In this document: one piece after another, positions 55,123 to 64,000 of the stretch | Position numbering within the stretch: position 1 is the first letter of the stretch | Layout: each line of letters starts with the position of its first letter | Source: Candidatus Multivorans sp. | GTDB taxonomy: Bacteria > Acidobacteriota > Thermoanaerobaculia > Multivoradales > Multivoraceae | Assembly (NCBI GenBank): GCA_965247095.1 | Contig: OZ251997.1 | Location: 4,512,001-4,576,000, forward strand | Direction: 5' to 3' | Length of the DNA stretch: 64,000 nt | Notes under the pieces: generated by a model | What the model saw: only the letters and a program-made list of their open reading frames with translations | Told to the model about the DNA's origin: nothing | The model's database searches: none | Position numbers and translations under genes: made by a program

Positions 55123-56265
55123 GTGACCGACCCGCGACGATACTTGACCGACGACCCGTTCGAACCCGGGGCCGCCGCAAAGAGCGCCCTGACCTTCCAC
55201 GAACTGGTCGTGGCGGCCCGCCGGAAGCTGAACCGGGAAGTCTGGGACTACCTGGTCGGCGGCGCCGAGACGGAAACGTCGGTCAAGCGCAACCGGCAGG
55301 CGCTGGACTCGGTGGCGTTCCGGCCGCGCGTGCTGACCGATGTGTCCGAGGTCGATGCCGGCGGCTCGCTGCTCGGCAACGACCTTCGGATTCCCGTGAT
55401 CCTGGCGCCCATCGGCTCGTTGCAGTTGTTCGAGGCCGGCGGCGGCGCCACGGCCGCGAAGGCGGCCGAGGACTTCGGGATCATGAACTTCGTCAGTTCG
55501 GTGTGTCTTCCCGGACTCGAGGGCTCCGCGGAGGCCTCCGATTCAGCCAAGGTGTACCAGCTCTATCTCGCCGACGACGAAGACTGGATGCGGGGACTGA
55601 TCCGCCGGGTGCAGAGCGCGGGCTACGACGGTTTCTGTCTCACGGTCGATACCCAGGTTTACAGCCGGCGCGAACGGGACATTCTGAAGCGGTGGCGCCC
55701 GCCATCGGTGGGCGAGTCGACGGTCCGGGTCGCGCCGCTGAACTACCAGGCCCGGATGACCTGGGACCTGGTCAAGCGGATCAAGGACGAGTTCGACATC
55801 CCCCTGATCCTCAAGGGCATCGCCACCGCGGAGGACGCGGGGTTGGCCTGCGAGCACGGTGTCGACGTGGTCTACGTCTCGAACCACGGCGGCCGGCAAC
55901 TCGACCACGGCCGCGGCGCCCTCGAGACCCTCCCCGAGGTCGTGAAGGAAGTCGACGGCCGTACCCAGGTCGTCGTCGACGGAGGCTTCCTGCGCGGCAC
56001 CGACGTGGTCAAGGCAAAGATCCTCGGCGCCGACGCCGTTGGCATCGGCCGCCTCGAGTGCATCGCCATGGCCGCCGGCGGCCGCGAGGGCGTCGTGCGG
56101 ATGCTCCGCATCCTCGAACACGAGATCGTCACCTGCCTCGGCCTGCTCGGCGTCCGCAATTGGGACCAACTCGACGCCTCCTACCTCCACCGCGCCCTCC
56201 CGGTCGATCCCCCCGGCGTCCTCAGCGCCCTGCCGTTCCTGGACCTCGACTACCCTTACCCCTGA
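55123..56265 (+). CDS. FMN-dependent alpha-hydroxy acid oxidase/dehydrogenase
   Basis: LTVD, ILKG, VSNHGGRQLD, DGGFLRGTD. Confidence 0.93.
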   Translation: MTDPRRYLTDDPFEPGAAAKSALTFHELVVAARRKLNREVWDYLVGGAETETSVKRNRQALDSVAFRPRVLTDVSEVDAGGSLLGNDLRIPVILAPIGSLQLFEAGGGATAAKAAEDFGIMNFVSSVCLPGLEGSAEASDSAKVYQLYLADDEDWMRGLIRRVQSAGYDGFCLTVDTQVYSRRERDILKRWRPPSVGESTVRVAPLNYQARMTWDLVKRIKDEFDIPLILKGIATAEDAGLACEHGVDVVYVSNHGGRQLDHGRGALETLPEVVKEVDGRTQVVVDGGFLRGTDVVKAKILGADAVGIGRLECIAMAAGGREGVVRMLRILEHEIVTCLGLLGVRNWDQLDASYLHRALPVDPPGVLSALPFLDLDYPYP

Positions 56266-56520
56266 GTCGGCGGCACGGCGGCGGCGGCGCCTCGCCCGAT
56301 ATAGCCTCCGGGTAAATCTGCGCAGGTTCGCTTGCGCAGCCCGCCGCGAGCAGCAGGGACGTCGCGACATGCGCGACAACCGCGACCAGGGCGACGGCGA
56401 GGCGATTTCGCCCCGGGGAAGGCCGCGGAGGTTCCCAAGGCGCGGCTGTGCGTCTACTGGAACACTTGCCGGTAGTGCGCACTAAAGAGGCCCCGCGCTC
56501 GCGGAGGTTTCCCGCACCGG

Positions 56521-56965
56521 CTACCGGCGCTTCCGGGACGCTTCGCGCCGACACTCCCGGGAGCAGTACAGGAACCGCTCGCCTGGCCGGGTCCTTGCGG
56601 GCACGTCGAACATCTTCTCGCAGTTGCGGCAGGCGCGCTGTCCCGTATGCTCCTCCAACTCGTCCTCGATCACCTCTCTGAGCGTCCGGTCGTCTCTGAG
56701 CGTCCGGTCGTCCGGGGCGTCGCTTCCATCCTCCGGAGGTTCGTCGGCTGTCCAGCGGCCGTCAGCGAGACGGTAGGGCGTCCATCCGGCGTTGTCCACC
56801 AGGTTACGGTCATTGCTGCTCAGGCGTTGCCGCCACCTCGGATCCGGCTCAGCGCCGCATCTGCGGCAGGCGACGCCCAGCTTGCCGCCGCACTTCGGGG
56901 TCGGGCAGGTGCCGCAGTCTCGGTCGTCGCGGACTACGCGGGCGTGATGCGGGGGGGGCAGTCAC
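56521..56965 (-). CDS. Small protein with two Cys-rich zinc-ribbon clusters; G8 tract near the proposed start puts it out of frame
   Basis: The frame extends upstream of the listed ORF: CGTCPTPKC..CRRC ... CRNC..YCSREC. GTG 56965 is in frame if the tract is 7 G. Confidence 0.5.
56675..56713. repeat. 18-bp tandem duplication (encodes DDRTLR x2)
   Basis: tctctgagcgtccggtcg occurs twice in tandem. Confidence 0.85.
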
Positions 56966-57029
56966 CTGTCCAAATTTAGCAGGGCCCAAATGACCGCCAT
57001 AAAGGGACGAAAAGGCGTGCTCGCGCAGG

Positions 57030-57075
57030 CGGGTTCCCGCAGTTTCCGCTTCAGCGCTCTCGTGAAGCTGGCCAC
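57030..57075 (-). pseudogene. Truncated HicA-like toxin N-terminus
   Basis: GTG overlaps the DUF1902 stop; MASFTRALKRKLRE then diverges, with no GxH motif. Confidence 0.45.
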
Positions 57076-57320
57076 TATCCGGCGAGGCGGATCGTCTCCA
57101 GTCTGCTCGACGTCATCCGGAGCGGAATCACTTCCAGGGCCGGTTCACCGAAGAGATGCCGGTTCAGCTCGTACAGCTCAGGCACCAGCGCGCGGATCCT
57201 CTTCACCAGGTCGCGCTCCGACGGCGCCTCGGCGGCTAGGCCGGGGAAATCCGTGTCCGAGACGTACCAGACGCCTGCTTCTTCGTCCCAGGAAATCTCA
57301 GCGAAGTAGCTATGGTCCAT
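57075..57320 (-). CDS. DUF1902 domain protein (HicB-like antitoxin)
   Basis: WDEEAGVWY..DFPGL.AEA....L..RIRALVPEL; strong SD GGAGG. Confidence 0.8.
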   Translation of the reverse strand: MDHSYFAEISWDEEAGVWYVSDTDFPGLAAEAPSERDLVKRIRALVPELYELNRHLFGEPALEVIPLRMTSSRLETIRLAG

Positions 57321-57441
57321 GCCCCCTCCCGGTTGCCGCTCGGCCGCGCGAAGGACATTATGCCCTAGGTCTGCTTCGTCGCGGTGGGCCTGGCCCTCTC
57401 CTCTCGCGCCGCTTTCGCGGGACCCAGGCTCTGTTCCCGTG

Positions 57442-58458
57442 CTACTGCGTTGGATCGGCGCTGATCTGAACCACCATCTTGCCGGTGTTGTCGCCGCGGA
57501 AGAGGCCCATGAACGCTTCGGGGGCGTTTTCGAGGCCGGAGACGATGGTTTCGCGGTAGGTGACCTTGCCCTCGGCGATCCAGGTTGAGACGTCGCGTAC
57601 GAAGTCGGCGCGGCGGTCCAGGTGGTCCGAGACGATGAAGCCCTGCATCTTGAGACGCTTGGGGATGATCGAGATGAGCGTCCTGGGGCCGGGCCTGGGT
57701 TCCTTGTCGTTGTACTGCGAGATCATCCCGCAGACCGGAATGCGGCCGAACATGTTCATGTGCAGGAACACGGCTTCGAGCGTCGGGCCGCCGACGTTCT
57801 CGAAGTAGACGTCGATGCCGTCCGGGCAGGTCTCGCTCAAGGATCGGTTCAGGTCGCTGTGGTAGTCGAACGCGGCGTCGTAGCCGAGGTCCGAGACGAG
57901 GTGGGCGACCTTGTCCGCCGAGCCGGCGCTGCCGACGGCCCGGCAACCCTTGATCTTGGCGATCTGGCCCACAAGACTGCCGACGGCGCCCGCCGCGGCC
58001 GAGACGAACACCGTTTCGCCATCCTTCGGTTCGCCGATGTCGAGCAGACCGACGTAGGCGGTCATGCCCGGCATGCCGAGCACTCCGAGGAACGCGGAGA
58101 GGGGAGCGCCGTGGGTGTCGATCTTCTGCAGCTCCGCTGCGGGAGCGGCGAAGTGGCTGCGCCAGCCGAAGCGGCTCGACACCAGGTCGCCGGGCGCCAG
58201 GGCGTCCGAGTTCGACTCCTCGACGACCCCCACCGCGCCGCCGTCGAGCGCGGCGCCGATCTGGAACGGCGGCGTGTAGGACTGGATGTCCCGCATGCGG
58301 CCTCGCATGTAGGGATCGACCGACATGTAGACGTTGCGCACCAACGCTTGGCCGGGGCCGGCGCTTGGCATGCCGGTTTCGGCCAGTTCGAAGTTCGCGG
58401 ATTCCGGCTCGCCGGCGGGGCGCGAGGCGAGACGGACTTCCAGACTGCGGTTGCTCAC
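57442..58458 (-). CDS. NADP-dependent oxidoreductase (PGDH/LTB4DH, CurA-like)
   Basis: SVDPYMRGRM, LGMPGMTAY, SAAAGAVG, YFENVGG, CGMISQYN. Confidence 0.92.
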   Translation of the reverse strand: MSNRSLEVRLASRPAGEPESANFELAETGMPSAGPGQALVRNVYMSVDPYMRGRMRDIQSYTPPFQIGAALDGGAVGVVEESNSDALAPGDLVSSRFGWRSHFAAPAAELQKIDTHGAPLSAFLGVLGMPGMTAYVGLLDIGEPKDGETVFVSAAAGAVGSLVGQIAKIKGCRAVGSAGSADKVAHLVSDLGYDAAFDYHSDLNRSLSETCPDGIDVYFENVGGPTLEAVFLHMNMFGRIPVCGMISQYNDKEPRPGPRTLISIIPKRLKMQGFIVSDHLDRRADFVRDVSTWIAEGKVTYRETIVSGLENAPEAFMGLFRGDNTGKMVVQISADPTQ

Positions 58459-58481
58459 CTTCTCTCTTTCCTCCGAACTGG

Positions 58482-59795
58482 TCAGTCGACGATCGCCTGG
58501 TAGGCCAGGTTGCGGAACTCAGTGCCGTACGGCAGGCCGGTGTGGGGGAGGATCTGGATCATGAACACGCCGACCATCTCCTCTTCGGGGTCGATCCAGA
58601 ACCGGGTGCCGGCGGCGCCGCCCCAACTGTACTCGCCGACGGAGCCGTAGGCGCCGTTCATGCCCGGGCTCTCGTTGACCCGGAAGGTGAGGCCGAAGCC
58701 GTCGCCGGGCCCCAGGAGCTGGCCTGCGCGCGGCATGTCGCCGATGTGGTCGCTGCCGAGCAGTTCGACCGACTTCGGGCTCAGCATCCGGCCGCCTTCG
58801 TACTCCCCGCCGTCGAGCAGCATCTGGATCATCCGGAAGTAGTCGGTCGTGGTCGAAACCAGGCCGGCGCCGCCGTAGAAGATCTTCGGCTTGGTCAGGT
58901 AGGAGTTCTGCGGCGGTGCGTTCGAGCGGGTGATCTTCCCGTCGCCCGCCTCGCGGTCGAGCGTGTAGAGCACGGCCAGCCGGTCCTCAGTGCCCGGGCG
59001 CACGTAGAACGCGGTGTCGTTCATGCCCAGCGGCTTGAAGATCTCCTCCTCCAGGAAGACGTCGAACGTCTTGCCCGAGATCACCTCGACCAGGCGTCCC
59101 AGGACATCCATGCTGAGGCCGTAGCGCCAGACCGTGCCGGGGTGATCGTGGACGGGCGCCTGACCCAGCTTCTCCACGAACTCCTCCAGGGTCTGGTCGC
59201 GGTTGCGGACTCCGAGTTCGGCGTAGTACGAACCGCCTTGGGCATTGCGCGGCCCGCCGTAGCTGATTCCGGCGGTGTGGGTCAGCAGATCCTGGACCGT
59301 CATGTCGCGGTTCGAGGGCACGAGCTCCAGGCTCGGGTCCCCGGTTCCCGGGTCGACGCTCCATTCGGCGACCTTCTGATCGCCGAGAGCGGGGATCCAC
59401 TTCGAGGCCGGGGTGCGGAGGGAGAAGCCGTACTTCTCGTGCAGGATCATGACGGCGACGCCGGTAACCGCCTTGCTCATCGAGTAGATGCGAAAGAGCG
59501 CGTCCTTGGGCATCGGCGCCTTGGACTCGAGGTCGCGGTAGCCGTAGGTGTTGAAGTACGCGATCTCGCCGCGGCGGGCGATCAGGCCCGTGGCGCCGGC
59601 GATCTTCCCCGCCTCGATGTAGCCGTTCATCACTGCGTCGATGCGGGCGAGGCGTTCGGCCGAGAGACCGACCTGTTCCGGCTTCGTGACCGTGACGGTC
59701 GCGTCGGCGGCAGCTAGCGCCGGAGCGGCGCCGAGGGTCAGCGTAAGTAGCAGGGCCGCGATCGAGCGGCAGGTCGGGATCAGGCGTCGAGTCAT
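58482..59795 (-). CDS. Serine hydrolase (class C beta-lactamase-like), exported
   Basis: FRIYSMSK (SxxK), LLTHTAG, WGGAAGT. The start could also be 59846. Confidence 0.9.
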   Translation of the reverse strand: MTRRLIPTCRSIAALLLTLTLGAAPALAAADATVTVTKPEQVGLSAERLARIDAVMNGYIEAGKIAGATGLIARRGEIAYFNTYGYRDLESKAPMPKDALFRIYSMSKAVTGVAVMILHEKYGFSLRTPASKWIPALGDQKVAEWSVDPGTGDPSLELVPSNRDMTVQDLLTHTAGISYGGPRNAQGGSYYAELGVRNRDQTLEEFVEKLGQAPVHDHPGTVWRYGLSMDVLGRLVEVISGKTFDVFLEEEIFKPLGMNDTAFYVRPGTEDRLAVLYTLDREAGDGKITRSNAPPQNSYLTKPKIFYGGAGLVSTTTDYFRMIQMLLDGGEYEGGRMLSPKSVELLGSDHIGDMPRAGQLLGPGDGFGLTFRVNESPGMNGAYGSVGEYSWGGAAGTRFWIDPEEEMVGVFMIQILPHTGLPYGTEFRNLAYQAIVD

Positions 59796-59980
59796 CGGCG
59801 TGTCTCCTGCGGGAACGGTCGTGTCGATTACGGGTGGCGGCGACATGGTACCTGCTGCGTCCCACGGTGTGTGCGCGCGATGCGCGCGCTGCTACAGTGT
59901 TTCGCGCTCCACGTTCCCTTGAATCGCGAGAAGCTGGATGGGCGGCTTCGGCCCGTACCGGCATAGAGGAGGTCGTTCAG

Positions 59981-61396
59981 ATGCCGGTACCGATCCCACC
60001 GCTGCGCGAGGAGAACCTCCCGGAACGAAAGCTGTCCTTCTGGCAGCTCGCCGGGCCGGGCGCGATCATGGTCGGCCTCGCGATCGGCGCCGGCGAACTC
60101 GCGGTGTGGCCGTGGGTGACCGCGAAGTTCGGCACGGTCATGTTGTGGGCGGCGGCCCTGGGCGTCTTCCTCCAGCTCTGGATCAACATCGAGATCGGCC
60201 GCTGGGCGGTGGTCACGGGCGAGCACCCGTACACCTCGTACGCCCGGATGTCGATGACCGTCATCTACGCCTTCCTCACTCTGGGCTTCGTCGGCCTGTT
60301 CCTGCCGGGGTGGGCGAGGATGTCGGGCGCGGCGCTCAAGGCCCTGATCTTCGGCCCCGACGGTCCGGGGCCCGAGTGGTTCTGGACCGCGGTCACGTTC
60401 GGGTTCATCGCGCTCATCCTGTTCGGGCCCAAGCAGATGTACAAGGCGGTCGAGCGGGCGATCGGGATCATGGTGCTGGTGATCACGGTCGGCCTGATCT
60501 ACGTCGCCTTCTCGGTCGGCACCTGGGACGCGGTCAAGGAGATGGGGCGGGGTCTCGTCAACTTCGGCCACATCGAGCTGGACGACGAGTTCACCTTCGC
60601 CCGCTTCTTCGGCGCGGTCGTCTTTGCCGGCATCGGCGGCACCGGCAACCTCTTCTACGCCTTCTACCTGCGGGACAAGAACATCGGCATGGGGAAGCGC
60701 ATCCCGGTGCTGGCCAACCCGCTCCGTCAGCACGGGACAGCAACGGTCCAGTCCGGCTACACGTACCGGGAGAGCCCCGAGAACGCGAGCCGGTTCAAGC
60801 GCTGGATGCGCTACGTGATCCAGGACCAGGTCGTCTTCTTCTGGATCGGGAACACCTTCACCATGTTCCTGTTCATGTTCGGGGCGCTGGCCGTTCTCCG
60901 TCCGGCCGGAATCGTTCCGGCCGAAGGTCAGATCGTCTGGGACATGTCGATCATCCTGGAATCGAGCCTCGGCACCCCCGGCCGCTACGTGTTCCTGCTC
61001 ATCGGTATGGCGGCGCTGTTCAGTTCCCAGCTCGGCGCCGTCGACGGCGGCGCCCGCACCTGGTCCTACCTGCTCGGCTCCATGTTCAAGTTTGGCAGGA
61101 AGCGCACCCAGAGCCAGTGGTACCTGACCTTCGCGATCATGTTCATGGTCGCCGGCACCGCCTCGACCGCGTTCTTCGAACTCAGCGGCGTGTCGGCGCT
61201 CGGCTTCATCTTCAACGCCGCACTGCTGGGCGGCTTCGCGATGGCGATATACGTACCGCTGACGCTGTGGGTGAACCTCACGAAGCTGCCGAAGTCAGCC
61301 CGGCCGAAGGCGCTGAACATCGTGATGATGGTCATCGCCTCCGGCGTCTACGTGTCCTTCACCCTGTTCACGATCTGGACCCTGATCTTCGGCTGA
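59981..61396 (+). CDS. Nramp-like (APC fold) transporter
   Basis: GPGAIMVGLAIGAGE, IEIGRW...TGE, about 11 TM segments; SD GGAGG. Confidence 0.8.
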   Translation: MPVPIPPLREENLPERKLSFWQLAGPGAIMVGLAIGAGELAVWPWVTAKFGTVMLWAAALGVFLQLWINIEIGRWAVVTGEHPYTSYARMSMTVIYAFLTLGFVGLFLPGWARMSGAALKALIFGPDGPGPEWFWTAVTFGFIALILFGPKQMYKAVERAIGIMVLVITVGLIYVAFSVGTWDAVKEMGRGLVNFGHIELDDEFTFARFFGAVVFAGIGGTGNLFYAFYLRDKNIGMGKRIPVLANPLRQHGTATVQSGYTYRESPENASRFKRWMRYVIQDQVVFFWIGNTFTMFLFMFGALAVLRPAGIVPAEGQIVWDMSIILESSLGTPGRYVFLLIGMAALFSSQLGAVDGGARTWSYLLGSMFKFGRKRTQSQWYLTFAIMFMVAGTASTAFFELSGVSALGFIFNAALLGGFAMAIYVPLTLWVNLTKLPKSARPKALNIVMMVIASGVYVSFTLFTIWTLIFG

Positions 61397-61459
61397 TCGG
61401 CTGCCGCTGGACTGGTATCGTCTTGTCAGCGAGGATCGAGCCAAATGGCGGGGAACCGA

Positions 61460-61720
61460 ATGACGGACTGGCAGAAATGCTCTGAGGTAGAGCGGCACCC
61501 GGAGAAGCTAAGCGGCGCTTGGGTTTTTCGGGGCACGCGTGTTCCCGTAGCCACGCTGTTCGAGAACATCAGGGATGGAGCGTCCGTGGAGCAGTTCCTG
61601 GACTGGTTTCCAGGAGTGGGAGCGGCAAGCGTCGAGGCCGTCCTTGACTTCGAGGTCAGATCGTTGGCGGAGGGCAGCCCGCCCGATTCTTCGGGGGATG
61701 TCGCAACCGCCATCCCGTAG
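61460..61720 (+). CDS. DUF433 domain protein (antitoxin-like)
   Basis: VERHPEKLSGAWVFRGTRVPV..LFENI..G.SVEQFLDWFP. Confidence 0.88.
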   Translation: MTDWQKCSEVERHPEKLSGAWVFRGTRVPVATLFENIRDGASVEQFLDWFPGVGAASVEAVLDFEVRSLAEGSPPDSSGDVATAIP

Positions 61721-61773
61721 CGATAGGCGCGCAGCACGCGCTGCAGGCGGCTCAAGGCTTCGGGCAACTCTGG

Positions 61774-63274
61774 CTACGCCGCCTGCGGCTTTGGTTGCTC
61801 TCGGAAGCCTGGTCCGTGCCGCTCCCGGTCGACTACAGCCTGCAGATGGGGTGGCGGCTTCCACAGGCATTCCATCACGTAGCGCAGGTCCATCGGTCTT
61901 CCGTCCCAGGCCGGCATCGACTCTCGGCCGGTGACGAGAAGGCCGGCGTCTTCCAGGTCTCGAACGAGATCCTCGCATGGGTACGGACCGACGGGTGAGG
62001 GCGCGGGACTTTCTTGGAGTGGCCGTCCGCGAGGATGGAAGAACTGCACGGCGCCATCAGCCCCCATCCGCACCTCGAAGCCGCCTTCGTGCAGCAGACG
62101 GTGGTGCCGGCGACACAGAAGCACCAGGTTCGAGAGCTTCGTTTCGCCGCCATCCGCCCAGTGATGGACATGGTGCGCGTCGCAGTGCCGGGAAGTGCAG
62201 CCCGGGAACCGGCATCCGCGATCCCTGAACTCCAGAGCCCGGCGGATCGGAGGTGGAATGGTGCGGGTCTTGCGGCCGACGCTCAGGATCTCGCCGTTGC
62301 GGTGGCTCATTCGTAACTTGCCCGCGTCGCAGGCGATCCGCCGGGCTGTTTCCGCGGAAACAGGGACGTGAGAGTCACCAAGCCAAGCGCCGTTGACCTG
62401 CGGCGTTTCCGCGGAAACACCGGCGTCAACTGCTTCCGCGGAAACTGCGCCCTCGGCCGCTTCCGCGGAAACGCGGGCGTTGGCTGCTTCCGCGGAAACA
62501 TGAACCGGTACACCGTCCACCATCGATCCGTCCTCGCGACGCCTCAATTCCTCTTCGTTCACATGGACGACGACTTGGTAGCGCCCGCCGCTTGAACCCG
62601 GATCGAGCCCGCCCGCGAGCGCGCTCTCGGCCACCAGTGCGAGAGCATCGGCCCGCAGCTTGCCTGCCGGGGGACGGTCCGTCTTTGTCCCTCGCACCGC
62701 GGTTCTCGTCGTACAGCTTCTCGCTCGCCGCGTCGAGCGCCTTCGTCAGCACCTCGCCGACCTCGGGCGCCAGCCGTCCGCGGATAACGAACATGCCGTT
62801 CTCGTCGATGTGGGTGGAGAAGTGGCTTGCGGCGTCGCGCAGTTCGTCGTGGCGGGTTTCAATGGTGCGGTCGGCCCGCCGCCACGCTCTGACTACTCGT
62901 TCGATGTGCGTCGCGGTGCTGGCCCTCCCGAGCTCCACCAGTGACTTCTCCGTGTCGGGCCTGGCGATCCGCGTGAGCGCTCTGACCTTCGAGTAGGAGA
63001 GCTTGCCCCGCTGCATCGCCTCGCTCATCAGTGGCAGTTCGCCGAGCGCCCGGGCCACCCGCACCCGCTCCCGAGCCGCGCTGGGCGCGAGCCCGATGCG
63101 CCAGGTGAGCCAGTGGGCGCAACTCAGGAAGCCGTTGCTCCAGCCTTCCTGTTCGTCGAACTTGCGAATCAGTACGAGCAACTCATAGGTCGCGGCGTCA
63201 ATGCGCGCGGCTAGAGTTGCAATCTTCTCGCGCAGTCGTTCCTTGGGATTCGTGTCGGTGTGTTTATCAATCAT
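61774..63274 (-). pseudogene. DUF222 + HNH endonuclease (13E12-repeat-like), frameshifted near 62670
   Basis: SCAHWLTWR, G.LSYSKVRAL, ARRIACDA, RDRGCRFPGC..HH.HHW..GG.T.LSNL..LC..HH. Removing one base of the G5 run at 62669-62673 fuses the two ORFs. Confidence 0.85.
62348..62499. repeat. Five copies of palindrome G(T/C)TTCCGCGGAAAC, four of them at a 27-bp period
   Basis: Copies at 62348, 62405, 62432, 62459 and 62486; they encode VSAEA/VSAET. Confidence 0.9.
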
Positions 63275-63717
63275 TTCAAAGCCTATGTCGCGATCGTTTG
63301 GTACGGTATCGGAAGGCCAGGGGGCAGCTTCGTGCGCCCAGGCCGAAGGAGCCATTCTAGCATCATTGCTTACGAATCTCAAGGTGCTGAGGCGGTGACG
63401 AGAGAGGAGTTCCCGGTGGCCGCGACGGTTGATCTCGCCTTCGGCGGCAGGGGGTGGAGCCGAGTGAATCCACGAAGTTGATCCTCATTGGCTCGGACAA
63501 GTAGGGTTCCGGCGTGATCCCGGCCCAGAAACTCACGGCGGCAGTCGAGACGTCCTCTCCGATCTCCGGCGCCTACGGGCATCGGGCGGGGCAACCGAGC
63601 TACGTACCGCTCGCGAACTTGTTGACGCCGGTCGTGCCGTCCGCGAAGCCGTCGTCAGGGAGCATTCCGGCTTCTGGAAAGACGATGCGACGTGCTTGCG
63701 GAGCGAGGGAACCGACC

Positions 63718-64000
63718 GTGGATGACGAACGGCTGTTGAGGTTGATCATGGAGTTGGAGGATGAACTATGGGCGCAAGGGATGGGCCCTAAGGAACGCCA
63801 CTTCCATCTGCCTATCAGGGCGATGGAAGAGCTGGGTTATCGGAGTTTCGTTGTCGCGGGGTCCGGAACACCCCCGCTGCTGGCTCGTGTCCGTCAGATC
63901 CAGGGTGAGTTCTATCGGACCAGGGACGTTGAGATCGGCGGCGTACATGGGGGCGCGTTCATGTTCCGGGGTATTGCTGCCCAAGTCTACGTACCTTTGA
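63718..64000 (+). CDS. Hypothetical protein, N-terminal part (runs off window)
   Basis: GTG 63718 after a GAGGG SD; MDDERLLRLIMELEDELW...GGVHGGAFMFRGI, open to the window end; absent from the ORF track. Confidence 0.6.
   Translation, partial: MDDERLLRLIMELEDELWAQGMGPKERHFHLPIRAMEELGYRSFVVAGSGTPPLLARVRQIQGEFYRTRDVEIGGVHGGAFMFRGIAAQVYVPL

Noticed and set aside
62348-62499. CRISPR array
   Set aside because: Repeats of 14 bp and spacers of 13 bp are too short, the array is in frame within a CDS, and there are no cas genes.
63379-63594. TPR-like fragment (RREFLGRDHAGTL) on the minus strand
   Set aside because: A single short motif with no convincing gene; it could be chance.

Overview
This is a high-GC, gene-dense bacterial window with about 58 CDS. 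No rRNA, tRNA, CRISPR array or recognisable IS transposase was found. The gene content is reminiscent of Acidobacteriota or Planctomycetota-like organisms (PQQ enzymes with c-type cytochromes, TolB/BamB-like propellers, Uma2 paralogs, DUF222-HNH), but this is inference only. Metabolic and housekeeping genes include SDRs, hydrolases, a siroheme sulfite/nitrite reductase, a Dpp-type ABC operon, rsgA, ppk2 and lon. The most notable items are: (1) an uncharacterised four-gene membrane operon at 21.7-26.3 kb encoding a 4-TM/coiled-coil protein, a vWA-like protein, a MotA/ExbB/ZorA-like protein and a MotB-like single-TM protein without an OmpA domain; (2) an ArsC-like UxxC selenoprotein with an in-frame TGA and a SECIS-like hairpin, which the ORF track misses; (3) a multi-hairpin repeat element with compensatory base changes, found both between genes and inserted in-frame in coding sequences; (4) a probable catabolic locus for an N-/S-methylated compound (Na+ symporter, Rieske oxygenase, TonB receptor, an IclR-HTH::GcvT fusion, two PYROXD2/CrtI-like flavoproteins), interrupted by a type II R-M module; (5) two Uma2-type nucleases with Rpn-like tails and an aligned candidate internal start; (6) toxin-antitoxin remnants and collapsed genes. 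Several single-base frameshifts fall in homopolymers and may be long-read assembly errors.
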